Numbered from the whole stretch's first letter, positions 11,981 through 25,260 are shown. The stretch is DNA of 60,253 nt, filler included, from Sphacelaria rigidula (GCA_964200075.2; 4 parts of 4 records of this genome joined end to end with filler, not necessarily neighbours in it), one strand, 5' to 3'. The notes: a model not told the origin generated them from the sequence alone. A program made the numbers and translations.

Positions 11981-13289
11981 TGTTACAGGTCACGACTTCG
12001 AATGCACACATTTGGCCGCAATTCACTTACTATCTTATTATACCATATGCCCGCATTTTCTATTGTGATAAACTAATGAAATAAGTAATGAAACAAGTAA
12101 CGAAATAAATAATTGAATGAATGATTCAATGAATAGTTGAAAAATTATTTGAATAAAGTTTGAATAAACAAACGTGAAATAATAGTTCAGTAAATAAAGC
12201 GATTAATTTTGTATTGGTGAATTGGTTGGATGGTTGGTATGATGTTGGGCTTAGATTATTATTTTGGGGGGAAATGGGAACACAATATCTAGACTCCTGC
12301 AACATATAAGTCTGCTGCATGGGAACGTAATATACTGTCTGTAGTATACAGCATGATGTATACATATAGGACCACACTGTATTGTGTACTGAGTAGACTG
12401 CACAGATGTATTGATCCCAACTACTGTGTTGTTCATGTGTGCGACTATGCTAGTTGAGTGCCCCCAGGGACATCCCTGCTCAGTTACTCCACAGTTGCAC
12501 TACTGTGTATATGCTTACCGAAGCAGCGGGCTAACTCACAGGTATTAACCTGTGATTTACCTGCGCAAACATGTCCCTGTGAAGTCAGTGATGCGCCGAA
12601 AGGAAAAAAAACATTTTTTCGGAAAAGAATATGACCGCTCTTCCCTCTAGTGCGACTTGGAAATGTTGACTGTGGTTTGCACAGCCTATGAGCGAAGTTT
12701 CATAGCCTCGCAGCGGCTGCAGCGCGCGTAGGGCTGTACGTCATAAATTGCGCAGCTCTACAAACTGTATGCCGATCGGTACACTACAGATGGTCATGAT
12801 CCAGAAAGCGCCGCAGTACCGGTGCCAGTTTGCTACCGGATCGGCCGCCCAACCGCTCAACATGTCTACGTTTATGCATCTGCGCCTGCATATATGTATT
12901 CGCCTGTAGTGCACAAAGTGTAGGTGGCTGTATAGCCGATTTGAGGGCGCACGGACGGCATTCCCCGAATTTTCTTGTGGTCATGTTGTAGGAGAGTCTT
13001 CAGCCCAACTGCGCGGCGCATATGCTGTCTGTGTTGTGTCCAACTAGTGTGCAAAGTTTCATGATAGAGCGCGCAGTTGCAGGCGAGAAATCCACAAGCA
13101 AAGTTGCACTGGAAAGTGGGAGTTTACCGTAGGAAAGTATCCAAATAAGCATGAGATGCGGTCACATACGCCCTGGTTACGCCGCATCTCAGATGCGGTT
13201 ACGCAGTATCACGGTACGGGTACTCTCTGTAGACCTTACATTGCATCAGCATATTGCAGCTTAGGCCGCTCCTTGCAACAACAACACAA

Positions 13290-13725
13290 ATGAAAATCTG
13301 GGAAAGTGCCTTTTTTGAGTTTTTACGCTGTTTTACGTCCCAAAAGAGAGCTAGGCGGAGTTTGACACCTCGGAGTGACTTGCTCTACTTGTTGAGGCGG
13401 TTCCAGGACATCTTCCCGTTTTCCGGAGGCCGCGCTTTTCATTATGGCCAAACAAGAATTTTTGTCATGGAGCGGTAAAAAACGCAGTCAAGTCCAGAGA
13501 AAAGTGACGATGTTTTCTAGATATGACTGTGTTTTACCGTTCTTGGACAAAAATTCTTGTTTCGCCAAAATGAAAACTGCGGCCACCGAAAAACGGGAAG
13601 ATGTCCTGGAACCGCCTCAACGAGTAGAGCAAGTCATTCCAAGGTGTTAAACTCCGCCTAGCTCTCTTCTGGGGCGTGAAACGACGTAAAAGCTTCAAAA
13701 AGGCACTATTTCAGCTTTTTATTTC
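13290..13725. mobile_element. Foldback element
   Basis: About 210-bp inverted arms (gaggcggttccaggacatcttcccgtttt / aaaacgggaagatgtcctggaaccgcctc). Confidence 0.85.
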
Positions 13726-14029
13726 ATGACGGAGGTTTCAAATTTCAAGTCCATCAGCTGCCCCGCCAGACATGAATGCAAACGATCGTGCCGTTCTTGA
13801 TTTCTTCGAAAGCAATCAAGATGCTTATTCTTCAGGCGGATTTCACACTCCATATACAACGCCCTAGGTGTAGTGATACGCTGGAACGCAAAGCGTGGTC
13901 GCCACCTATCGTTGTACCATGGGGCCCGCAAGGCATAAACAATTATTGTTACTCGATTTTACGTGATTTCAGGCTGAAGAAATTTCTGAGAAAATTAATG
14001 ACTTGGGGCAGGTGAGCAGTGGTGAGCAG

Positions 14030-14260
14030 TAAACCCAGGTCGGCCAGAACGTGTTTTGGCTCACAATCGGCTCGAAGGCGTCGATTTGAGCTCTCGAAAG
14101 ACGTCGATTTGAGCTCTCCAAAGGCGTCGATTAGAGCTTTCGCAACGCACGCTTCACTGAAGAAACACTCTGCACCCCCCTTGCCCGAGAATTCTCAGTA
14201 TGCCTTGGTCGATATCAGGGTTAGGGTTAGGGTTGGTGGCATCTCCATATTGTAGTACCA
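14030..14260 (-). mobile_element. Small repeat carrying (TTAGGG)n
   Basis: AGGGTTAGGGTTAGGGTT at about 14217-14234; homologous to 56690-56930 and 58568-58700. Confidence 0.65.
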
Positions 14261-15089
14261 ATCATTGTTCACGCACATTTCTTCGGGTCCCCTCCGTGAA
14301 GTACTTGTGAGGGATGCATCCTTGTCACAAGGACATCTCTGTTATCCCTGTCACAAGGACATCCCTGCGCCGATACCCCCCTGCGCTCGTCCTCCACAGC
14401 TGAACCACAGTGAGGACGTTTGCCCACGTGTGTGCCTTGTTCAACTCGCCAACGACTCGTTGCACGGTCTTGCTTTTGTTTCTGACTAAGGCCAACGCCA
14501 TGTTCAATTGTTCTCAACTGCTTTGCTCTCATGTTCTCGTGGCATTCGCTGCATAACCGCTGTCTTCGTGCTCCCGAATCAACGAGAACGCAAAGAAATA
14601 CGACGCCATGAACAGCCTTTTATTGTTTAGGTTCTTGTTCGAAATGTTGCATCATCTCGACGAGGCTTTTGTGGTTCGGGATCGACACCCCGCGGAAAAG
14701 GAGCCAGTGCGGGCGACTTTCGGTGGCCAGAACACGCGCCACAGGTATCAGATGACACCCAAACCTATAAGGTAATGTACCGCTGCGCCTTCTTCGTGCA
14801 CTGCTAAAAAAGAGCGTGACAAGATTCCTTGCCGCCAGAGAAAACTCGGTAAAAGTGGTGAAAAATGTGAAATGATACATGTACATATACATATACATAT
14901 ATATACATATATATGTATTTACTATTCTTATTCATCATGTTTGTCCGCATTCCGCGTCTCTGGACGCAGGTGCAACAATCACGGGGCCTNNNNNNNNNNN
15001 NNNNNNNNNNNNNNNNNNNNNNNNNNNNNNNNNTTAATTAATTAANNNNNNNNNNNNNNNNNNNNNNNNNNNNNNNNNNNNNNNNNNNN

Positions 15090-15397
15090 TCCCGACCTCC
15101 CTACAACTATTTCGAGCGATTTCTAGCCTACCGTTCCCCCAAAGGGTATGTGCGAAAGCACGATTTTGGGGACAAGAAACGTCCATTTTCACCCCGAAAT
15201 CGAGGCAAAAACGTGCTTTTGCACATGTCCTTTAAGGGAATGGAAGGCTAGAAATCCCCCGATACGGTTTTAGGGAGATCGTGAGGAATGGGGTGGTCCA
15301 TATGAAAGTAATTTGTCATATATTTTGGTCAGGGAATGCACGGCTTTTGAGTTGAACCCCATTTGTTTTTCAACCCCAATTTTGAGAATCCACTGTT
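15090..15397. mobile_element. Second copy of the TA-flanked foldback MITE (truncated by a gap)
   Basis: Ends GAGAATCCACTGT|TA like 485-904. Confidence 0.88.
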
Positions 15398-16599
15398 AGA
15401 TTCTGTCACATTTCCCAGTTTCAATTGTCTTGGACCAAGAGTGGCGGGAAAAGCGGTGGGTACTTCCAGCATGAAGAGCTCGCTTCACGGGCGGTGTGCG
15501 GAGGTAGAAAAATACCCATCACGCACGAAACCCGTCACAGCACACATCGCAAGTGATCGCTACTGAAATAAGGTCGCGTCACGGTAGTACACGGCGAACT
15601 CGTGCAGGGTTCTCTAAATGCCGGCCCGACCCCGCGCGCACGAATTTCAAATCACACTTGTGTACGGTACAGTATATATGTATGATACTGCTTGCTGTCT
15701 GTGTGTACGTGGTGTACCACCCCTCGCTCTGCCACATCTAGTACAGCGGTCGGTGTTGCGGTTGAGTGTGCATTCGCTCTAGGTGGCGCACGCAAATCGC
15801 CCTAGGTGGCGCACGCAAGAGTAATAGGTCGCCTCTGCTGCTATAACTCCTGCATGTATCTTGAGCGGAGCTGTATGGTAGCACAGCCACTATGGGGCGC
15901 AAGCTAGCTGTAACAATTCATACCGCGTGGACATTTCTGCAATGTCTTGAAGTCATACTGCGCGCAGTTCCCACTTTTGTACGAGTACTGTGCACGTCGC
16001 AGAAGGCAATAGCTTCTATACTGTGCACAGTACATGCTTATAAATTGTATACTGACTGTAGAAAGCTCTTGTCTAGGGTGTAATACATTTCCATACATAT
16101 CAGGCGGTGAGATCGTGAAATAATCCACAGCACATGGCCGAAGTGGAAGTGAGGAAATCACCGAAATATTCGCGTGTAGAGCCTGTGGGGCCGTACTCCG
16201 AATTGATAACGCGAAAAGAACACCAGTGCAACGGCCATTTCGGCTGCCGGCCTGTTTGCACGGCCGTCCCGGTAATGATGGGACTGTCTGTACCGGGATG
16301 TCGCCCCCAGTGCCGGGTACGCCGGCAAGGGTCCGTGGCACTACCCACTGGTCGGGCGACAGGAGCTTAATCTTCGACTGTCGAGATTTTTGAAGCGGAA
16401 ATGTTCACCTCCCAACCCTCACATACACAGCGGACCATTAACGACGCTTATTTGCTGGGTTTCCTTGAGCGTTCGTCCATAACTGGGCGAAGATTGATGA
16501 TGAGGCCGGCAGGATCCGCCGCAGCCTGCGTGCTCAATTGTCACTGTACCCACTCTATCTAGCCGTCATCAGGCAGCAGGGTGTTGAAAAAATAAAATG

Positions 16600-17243
16600 C
16601 CAAGCACCGTGGGTATCCACCGTATCAATGTCACCAGGCCATCAGCGACTTCCCATACTGCAGCTGTGATTGTGACCCCTTCCTCTAATACCAATCCACA
16701 CATTCTTCAGTGTTCTTCACCATGCTTTTGTGGATTGCTATGTTCGCATAATTGGGGCACACATTACGCAGATATGACCGTGTTAGAGGCTTCGCGTCAA
16801 AATTAAATGATGAGGGATCTCAGATCATTCCACTTGTGTTTGCTGCTGACTAAGTCACGGCAATGTCCAGCTGTTTTCTACTGCTTTGCTTCCATGTTCT
16901 CGTGACATTCGCTGCATAACCGCTGTCTTCGTGTTCCCAAATAATCGAGAACGCAAAGAAAATCACGGTGAAAATATATCCCGCCATGAGCGGGCTTTTG
17001 TGGTTCTTGTTTGAAGTTTTCCACGACCTTGAAGGCTTTCGTGGTTCGGGATCGACACCCCGGGAAAAGAGCCAGCGTGGGCGACTTTCGATGCCAGAAC
17101 ACACGCTACAGGTATTAGATGACACCCAAACCTGAGAGGTAAAATACCGCTGCACCTTCTCCGTGCGCTGCAAAAGAAAGCGCGTGATGAGATGCCTTGC
17201 CGCCTTAGGAAACTCGATAAAAGTGGTGAAAAAAGTGAAATGA
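16600..17243 (-). mobile_element. Helitron family 5' fragment (subfamily B)
   Basis: Matches 21280-21841 and the shared TCATTTCAC 5' end. Confidence 0.75.
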
Positions 17244-17279
17244 TACGTGTACATATGTTCATATTCAACGCAGGGGCCA

Positions 17280-17600
17280 TCCGAGGGGGTTCCCATGAAC
17301 ATCTGTGCATGAGAACAATCGTCTCTCATGAACAACGTACTGGGGTGTACGCTACGTAGGGCTATGGAAGCCACCGACAAAGCAACTCTTCAGGTTTTCC
17401 TGCTGATGGCTGCTGTACTTGTCTTTATGCGGAAGGTTATTGGGGTCGGAGGAGCAGTGACTCGTCTGAATCTTACTTGCTACGATGTAGTTGATTCGTG
17501 CCGTACATATCAATCTCTGGGCTTTGTTTCTTGCGTTGCACCCCAGGTTCGCGCACCCCAGGCATGTGGAATAGCGCTGTATTATGCGTAGATACGTTTT
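17280..17600 (-). pseudogene. Possible LINE ORF2 post-RT remnant
   Basis: AWGARTWG resembles YGAETW and RTPQYVV resembles RxPKxVM; heavily decayed. Confidence 0.35.
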
Positions 17601-17989
17601 CCCCCCGCGGTCTACTTATTCTCTACTTCGAGCAATCAGGCCTAAGAAATCGTGGATTTGATGAGTCACATCAGCGGTGATTTGTTCGACCCTTGGAAGG
17701 TTAGATTAAGCGTGACCCACATTTCTCCGTGATTGGATCGAGCAAAAAGGCGGGAATCCGACGAGTTGTGTACAGTCTATGCCCTCGACCTCGTAGTATC
17801 GTGTTATTCCTGGGTAACGACCGCTACTGTCTAGGGTCGCAAGATCTGACGGTTGCGGCGAGACGGGTCCTCTCGGACTGGTTCGTCCCACGTCGTTGTC
17901 GAACGGTCTTTGCCGCGACACAGGGGTCTCTCGACCGTGTGCGCATGTTGGGACATCAGGTTCTGGTATGTAGACGTAAATGTGATTTT

Positions 17990-20040
17990 CAAGGGTAGGT
18001 CGAAGAGAGTATGTACTTTTGAGTACTCGAGTAACATACTCAAGTATTTACTCTACTCGACGTTTGAGTAGGTCGAGTACGGCCTCAAATACTCCACTCA
18101 CATTTTAAGTAGGTCGAGTACCGTAAAAGTGCGAGTGATGGCACCGGGTGCGATCGATTTTTTAAATGGTTTTTTCTCGGATTTTTTTCGCACCCCGGTG
18201 CCATCTCCCCGACCGGTACCATCTCCCCGACCCCGGTGCCAAAATGCAATTCAATGATTTTTTGTGGATTATTCAGCGCACTCCGGTGCAATCCCTCCGA
18301 CCGGTGCGATGCCCGAACAAATGCAAACCGTGGCTTACATACATACTGATGATGCTATAGCAGTGCTGAAAGCGGGCACCCCGGTGCCATCTCTCGCACC
18401 ATCACCGCACTCCATCACGCCCTACAGCAACTCATCGGTACCGTTGTACGAGCAGATGAGAGTGTGATGTAATAACGGGAAGAAACAGGAAGCACACACC
18501 TGACACATTTACACCGCTAACTGTGCACCGCGCACTACAACCCGAACCAGAAAAGGCGGCGAAATAGATGAAAAAAGAAAAATCTCCCGCCAAGGTCCTG
18601 CCGATTATGTTTGTGTGGTACCGCGGAGCACACACACAACCCAACCATGTCGGAGGACGCAGGTGCCCAAACCACCTCCTCACAGCCCAGTGACAGTGCT
18701 CTACTGCTGCTCCTACTTCGGCTCCGGGTGCGGGTCCGTTGGCTGCGGAACCGTTGGCAACAGGAGAAGAAGAAGCTGTCGATGAGCTCTTGGCAGAAAA
18801 GGACGGTGGCAGCCAATAACACCTCCGAAAGGTACCCATGTGTGTACATGCAGCAGCTCATGAGCGGTCCTGCTCCACCCGCGGAACCCTCAAAGTTGGG
18901 TTCCGGGTCGGTAGTATCGCACCCCGGTGCGATCTTATCGACCCCGGTGCGAAAATAATAAATCATGCCATTTCCACTTTTTTTGCGCACCCCCATGCCA
19001 TCTCCCCGACCGGTGCCATCTCCTCGACCGGTGCCATCTCTCGCACTTTTACGGTACGGCCTCAAATACTCTACTCAAATATTGAGTAAGCACTCTCAGT
19101 AATGCTCGAGTACAGAGTTTCACATGAGTGTGACCTCCATACTCTACTCAAATCTTGAGTTGGTCGAGTACGGCCTCGAATACTCTTCTCAAAATTTGAG
19201 TAGATCGAGCACGACCTCAAATACTTGATTCAAATATTGAGTAATCACTCTCAGTAATACTTGAGTATATAGTACCCCTTGAGTATGGTGAGTACCCCTG
19301 ACAGTCGGCGACTTCGTGACGTCACTTCACATACTGTATTGAATGCATGGGCGAACGCTGGACATCAATTAGATGGGCGGCGTTACATCAAAGCCAACAA
19401 GGAGTATGTGCGAATGGTGGTCATGAGAAAAAAAAGCGTGCAGGTGAACGAACCTACCTACCCCAGCACCCCATCTCACCAGCCCCCACCCACGGCAGTT
19501 CATACTCGATACCTCTCAACGCCTTCGATATCACTTTCAGTACAGAGCGCTACCTATTATCATCGAGTAATCCAGTAGACGAGTAGTCGAGTAGGCATTA
19601 CCAAAATGATCGACTCTACTGGCCATACAGAGTTGATCATGGGTGGGCAACTCTAGGAATACCTCGGTACTTCTTCTACCCGAGTTTGAGTATATTGCGT
19701 ACGAACTTGAATATTGAAGTTGAAGATGTAGATTTTCGGTACATCGGATCCGGCCTCAGATACTCCACTCAAATTTTGAGCAGGTTTAGTACGGCCTGCA
19801 ATACTCTAGTCAAATATTGAGTAAGCACTTTCAGTAATACTTGAGTATAGAGTATCACTTGAGTATGACCTCAATACTCTACTCAAATTTCGAGTAGGCT
19901 GAGTATGATCTCAAATACTTTACTCGCATAATTGAGTAGGCTAAGTAGGACCTCAAATACTCTACTCGAACTTCGAGTACTAAACGTATGACTCTTCAAA
20001 AATACTGAGTATTGAGTATACTCTACTCGACCTACCCTTG
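17990..20040. mobile_element. hAT-like non-autonomous element
   Basis: TIR CAAGGGTAGGTCGA / TCGACCTACCCTTG, degenerate 8-bp TSD gtgatttt/gttacttt, dense TACTC/GAGTA subterminal repeats. Confidence 0.8.
18121..19054. mobile_element. Tc1/mariner (pogo-like) MITE nested in the hAT element
   Basis: TA|CCGTAAAAGTGCGAG...CTCGCACTTTTACGG|TA; internal ccggtgccatctc repeats. Confidence 0.88.
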
Positions 20041-20241
20041 GTTACTTTCACACTTTCACTCACACTGAAAACGTGATTGATCGGACGCTCGTGTATGTTC
20101 ATGCGGCGAAATGTACCCCGAATGAGCATATACGTTGAGAGATGGTCGCTGCAATAGGCAGTGGGTGACAGCGGGTCGGAGCTATCGTGAAATTCTAAAC
20201 TATTGCAGGGGGAAGCGCGGAGAAACGTTTCGGAAACGTAG

Positions 20242-20279
<38 letters not shown>

Positions 20280-20886
20280 CGCCCACTCGGTCGCTTATCA
20301 GAAACAAAAAACCCCCACCCCCCCCGGTNNNNNNNNNNGCAATAGGGAGTGGGTGACAGCGGGTCGGAGCTATCGTGAAATTCTAAACTATTGCAGGGGG
20401 AAGCGCGGAGAAACGTTTCGGAAACGTAGCCCCCCCCCCCCCCCCTGCGAGGTCAATGGTCTGATGACTATGGCATGCATGATCATGAAAACACCCCCCT
20501 TCGGGCGGGGCATTTTTCCTAAATCGTCATGATATTTTCGATTTCGTTTTGTCAAATTTGTCGCAAAAAAATGATCAATAAACACTGTTTTGACTTTTTC
20601 TGTTTATTTTTTTACAATATATTGATCAACAAACACTGAAAAAAACCGAAGAGAAATTGGTGGGCTTTGCGGAGTTCGTATATCTGCTTCTCTTCTCCTT
20701 GCCCGCTCTGTCCCGATGACCTCAGATGCCGGAGGACATTTTTTGGGAAACTATCCTGATTTTTTGGATAGTTTTCTGTTAGCTTTGTTGCAAGAAATTG
20801 ATTAATGAACATTGACAAAATCCGACAAGTCTGGTGGGTTTTGCGGGGTGTATGTTTGCTTCTGCTCCTTTATATATGTACATGTA

Positions 20887-21220
20887 TCATTTAACATATT
20901 TCATCACTTTCGCCGAGTTTTCTCTGGTGGCAAGGCATTTGTTTCCCACGCTTTCTTTTGCGGCGCACTGAGAAGGCTCAGCGGTACATTGCCGTCCAGG
21001 TTTGGGCGTCATCTGATACCTGTAGCGCGTGATCTGGCCACCGATAGTCGCTCAAACTGGCGCTTTTTCGCGGGGTGTCGATCCCAAACCACAAAAGCCT
21101 TTTCAAGATAATGGAAAACTTCAAACAGGAACCCGAACCACAAAAGCCTGTTGAAGATCGTGCAAAACTTGAAACAGGATTACTTTGGTGGGGTGTTCTT
21201 CACCGTGTTTCTTCTCCCAA
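20887..21220 (+). mobile_element. Helitron family 5' fragment
   Basis: Highly similar to 26992-27320. Confidence 0.8.
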
Positions 21221-21279
21221 AAGAGCGCGAACGCGACACAGGAAAACACGGGGGGAAAATACCCCGCCAAACGTTATAC

Positions 21280-21841
21280 TGATCCTACTTACCAATGATC
21301 TTCAGCGTGCTTTTGTGGACTGTTAAGTTTGCATAACTGGGACTCACATTACGCAAATATGACGGTGTTAGAGGCTTCACATCAAAACTAAATAATACGG
21401 GATCTCAGATCATTCGACTTATGTTTGCTTTTGACGAAGACCAAGGCAATGTTCAATTGTTTTCAAACACTTTGCTGTCATGTTCTCGTGACATACGCAG
21501 CATAACCGCTGTCTTCGTGCTCCCGAATCAATGAGAACGCGACAAAGAGAAGCACGGCGAGAAAATACTCCGCCATGAACTGGCTTTTGTGGTTCGGGTT
21601 CCTGTTGGAGGTTTTCCATTATTTTGGAAAGAGTTTTGTGGCTTGGGATCGGCACCCCGCGGAAGAGCCAGTTTCGGGCGACTTTCGATGGCCATAACAC
21701 GCGCCACAGGTATCAGATGACACCCAAACCTGAACGGTAATGTACCGCTGCGCCTTCTTCGTGCGCTGCGGAAGAAAGCGCGGGATAAAATGCCTTGCTG
21801 CCAGAGAAAACTCGGCAAAAGTGGTGAGAAATGTGAAGTGA
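21280..21841 (-). mobile_element. Helitron family 5' fragment (subfamily B)
   Basis: Matches 16670-17243. Confidence 0.8.
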
Positions 21842-22476
21842 TTCATGTACATGTATGGAACATATATAATATATCATATATACAGGGTACCTTTTCCCAC
21901 TGGCGAGCCCTGCAGACAGGTGCACTTTTTCACTTGCTTTTAGAGTACAGCGAAACGGAGTCATTTTGTTCTCTGAAGCGCTGACAAGGCAGTATTACTT
22001 CATTTTACAGTACAAGGTTTCCATATCAGCTTCTTCGCTTTCACCTCGCTAGACATTCCGCTTCTGCTTGGGTTTTGGGAGCATCGCTTTCCGGGCTCTG
22101 TTGTGCATGATGTTTTCGCGCCGTTTTTGCTTCCTCGCTGGTGTCACGGTGGACCCTTTGGGCGTCCGAGATTATACCTGCCGCCTCTTACCGAATACAG
22201 GCCCCACATTCCTTCGTGTAACCGGTGTCGTCTTCACCTGAAAATTGAATCGGCATCATGCTCAGTTGGATGGGCTGTGCGGGACGGCTCTCCGTTCAAT
22301 CTCGGGGCACACCGGGAGCATGTTGTGATCTTGCCCGCATGTTGCATCGTCTCGACTGTACTTTACTTTCACTGTCTCTGAACTGCTGCTGTTGGTATTG
22401 CTGCTGCTACTCTGCCGGCTTCGTTTTTTTTCATGAGGCGCCGGCTTCTATTTTTTCATATTTTAGTCGGCAGACG

Positions 22477-22730
22477 GTCGCTCCGGTGGCTCAGTTGATA
22501 ACCCCGCAACCTTATGACGGTTGGGTCGTGGGTTCGAACCTCAGTGCAGTCACACCATGTGGAAGTTTATCTCACACCATGTTCAACAGCGGACGGCGAC
22601 TATGTCGTGGGTAGACAGCATTCGATTTTGCGGTCGACGAGGGAAAGGGACCGCTGAACCTCTCTCGCGATGAAAAAGTAAGGCGACCACCACAGAATTT
22701 CCTGTGTTGACCTCCTTCTGTGTTACACGT
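22477..22730 (+). mobile_element. tRNA-derived SINE, family A
   Basis: A box TGGCTCAGTTG, B box GGTTCGAACC; body homologous to 38907-39275. Confidence 0.82.
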
Positions 22731-23220
22731 AACGCACACAACTATCATGCATGTGTATCGCGACTTCACGCCATTTTTACTGTTTTAATCTTTTGACCGG
22801 TAGGGTAGGTCCTCTGGGCCACGCATTAATTTGTCAAGTCCAAGTAACTGATGCCGATTTCACGACAGATAACCTATCATGGCGGTCAAATGGTCAAATT
22901 CGTCGCCACAATATGTGTTTTTGGTTAGCGGTCAATCCGTTTCTTGCTTGGCGATCAAATGGTCAAATTCGTTGCCACTGTATGTGTCCTTGGTTTGCGG
23001 CGGCGGTCAATTCCTCACGCTCACCTTTGATATGTGATGGGTTGTGTTGAGCCTTCGCACGTACTCATCATCCATGTTGCTCTTCGGACTGAAAACGGAA
23101 CAATAAAAGTCTTTCGTGGAATTGGCATCGGTTTTATATCAAAGTTGAACCGGCATTATGAATGCATGCTCATGAAACAATCGGAAGACACGACAAAATT
23201 TTCCCGCCGTTCTCCATCAA

Positions 23221-23310
23221 CCCTTTGGCGGCGAGTAAAGTAGGTCATCTGTTGACGTGGAATCCACTTCACTCAATAAAAAATATCCATGATCCAGATT
23301 GACTACCATG
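23221..23310. mobile_element. Diverged piggyBac-like MITE end
   Basis: CCCTTT start and gtaggtcatctgttga..atgatccaga core shared with 24531-24628. Confidence 0.55.
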
Positions 23311-23460
23311 CTCAGCCCATGAGCTGCTGCGGCTTCCTTTCCAAACTTGCCATTACGCAACGCACACAGCCATCACCGGTGCTCATGTACCTTGGCTGTC
23401 GATCGACTGATCGTGGCGGCGGAGCCGCAGAAACTCTTATATATAATATATTTACATGTA

Positions 23461-24730
23461 TCATTTCATAATTTTCACCACTTTTGCCGAGTTTTCTCTG
23501 GCGGCGGGGCATCTTATACCGCGCTTTGTTTTGCAGTGCACGAAGAAGGTGCAGCGGTACATTTCCTATGAGGTTTAGGTGTCATGTGATACAGGTGGCG
23601 CGTGTTCTGACCATCAAAAGTCGCCCACACTGGCTCTATTTCGCGGGGGGCTGATCCCGAACCAAAAAAGCCTCCTCAAGATCGTGCAAAACTTGAAAAA
23701 GGAACCGGAACCACAAAAGCCTGTTCATGGCAGGGTATTTCTTCACCATGTGGATATCTTCGCATTGTCATTGATACACTTCCTCGGGTGTCAGCTAGAC
23801 TGCTATAAATCGAGAGTAGAGCGCCCATTGAGAGTAGCTTTGATCATTTGCTTTCACTTGGCCAAGTATTCATTCCGTGTGTGCTCTTCTTTGCTCCTAT
23901 CACTGGCGTTTGCTTCCAGCGACACGTCGATATCATACTGAGGGATATGAAGGGCCTCAGTGGCAAGATACTACGGATAGCATATAGTGCGTCGTGGAAG
24001 TGCATTTAGGAACTGAAATGAATCAGTCACTCGCTATGTAGTATCTACTCTCAAGCTCACGAAAAACCGTTTATCACAGAAGACTTTGTTGAACTGTCTG
24101 TGTACCTTGGTAGCCACGGTATATAGAAGTCCTGCATGCAGAGCTACACCTTTTGTACATGGATCAGCAATACGAATGCACTCTCCTGTATTAAGGACAG
24201 ACTATTAACAGGTGAGGTATAAATAGTCCTGTATACAGGGCTGCACCTACCGTGCTTTTTAATATACAGTCCAACTTACCATTGTTACAACATACGTTTA
24301 TCCGGGTGTTGACCAGGTGTTCAACGCATCATAGTAGTTGGGAAAGAAACATCTACCACCGTCATATCTACTCAATAGTCCACGAAAGCATGTTTGAATA
24401 ATCAATAGATGTATCTCAAACTCGGCTCAGGTCTTCTGGTGTGATTTTCTTTGCATTGCCATCGATTTGGGAGTACAATGACAGCGGTGTTGCAGCGAAT
24501 GTGACGGGCACATGAGAGCAAAGCAGTTGACCCTTAGACAGCGAGAGTAGGTCATCTGTTGAATCGGCATCAATTTCACTTGAAAAAATTATGCATGATC
24601 CAGATACGCTAACCTCGCGGTCTGAGGGTTAAAAACAATTTATCATTGCCCTGGCCTTAGTCAGCAACAAGCACAAGTCGAATGATTTGGGATCCCTTAC
24701 TGTTTCGTACGTGAAACGTTTAGCACAGTA
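23461..24730 (+). mobile_element. Helitron family 5' fragment with nested insertions
   Basis: 23461-23770 and 24440-24730 match the other copies; contains MITE 23810-24070 and a piggyBac MITE. Confidence 0.72.
24531..24628. mobile_element. 98-bp piggyBac-like MITE
   Basis: ttga|CCCTTAGAC...GTCTGAGGG|ttaa; inverted homolog of 56534-56631. Confidence 0.85.
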
Positions 24731-24747
24731 ACATCGACGTCATGCCT

Positions 24748-24933
24748 ATGAATCGCGATCACTTTCACTTTAAAAAATAGTACACGGAGCAAGCGAATAA
24801 ACCAGGGAACCGGGAGCAAAGTTGGATATACCTCTGTTGATATAGGTATCTCAAACTCGGCTCCCGGTATCCTGGTTTATTCCCTGGCTCTGAGTTTGTA
24901 CTATTTTTTAAAGTGAAAGTGATCGCGATTCAT
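24748..24933. repeat. Foldback / long inverted repeat
   Basis: atgaatcgcgatcactttcactttaaaaaatagtac / gtactattttttaaagtgaaagtgatcgcgattcat. Confidence 0.88.
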
Positions 24934-25260
24934 GAGAGGACCTGACCTGGCGGTCAAAGGGTCTCATCATCTGATGAATCGGCATCACTTTCACTTGAAG
25001 AAATAGAGCAAAATAAACCAGGATACCGGGAGGCGGGTTTGAGATACCTCTGATAATAAGTTGAAAAGAGTAGATATCCATGCCTGTTGAGCAGGTGACC
25101 TGCTGTCGTGGTCAAAGAGTTCAAATTGTACGGTCATGCGAACCCAACAATCGTGGCTGTTCTGCGTAGACGAGACATGCGAACCCAACAGTCGTGATCA
25201 TTCTTCGTTGACCGGACTTGGTCCTGTCCATAGAAACTTCTGACCACGAGGAAAGTTCCT

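Larger units (their letters stand above)
12270..14875 (-). mobile_element. Non-autonomous Helitron copy interrupted by about 1.7 kb of inserted DNA (12586-14296)
   Basis: 14875-14297 and 12585-12270 match consecutive parts of 26992-27950. Confidence 0.75.

Noticed and set aside
14990..15089. TTAATTAATTAA motif embedded in N runs (also 30079-30178 and 45167-45266)
   Set aside because: Identical 100-bp gap filler with a six-frame stop linker; a scaffolding artefact, and contiguity across it is unverified
20149..20446. Exact duplication around a 10-N gap with long poly-C (similar poly-G at 46820-47020)
   Set aside because: Most likely contig overlap and homopolymer sequencing failure; the poly-Pro/Gly ORFs are spurious
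22477..22555. tRNA gene
   Set aside because: A/B boxes are present but there is no convincing cloverleaf, and the sequence continues into a multicopy body, so it is a SINE head
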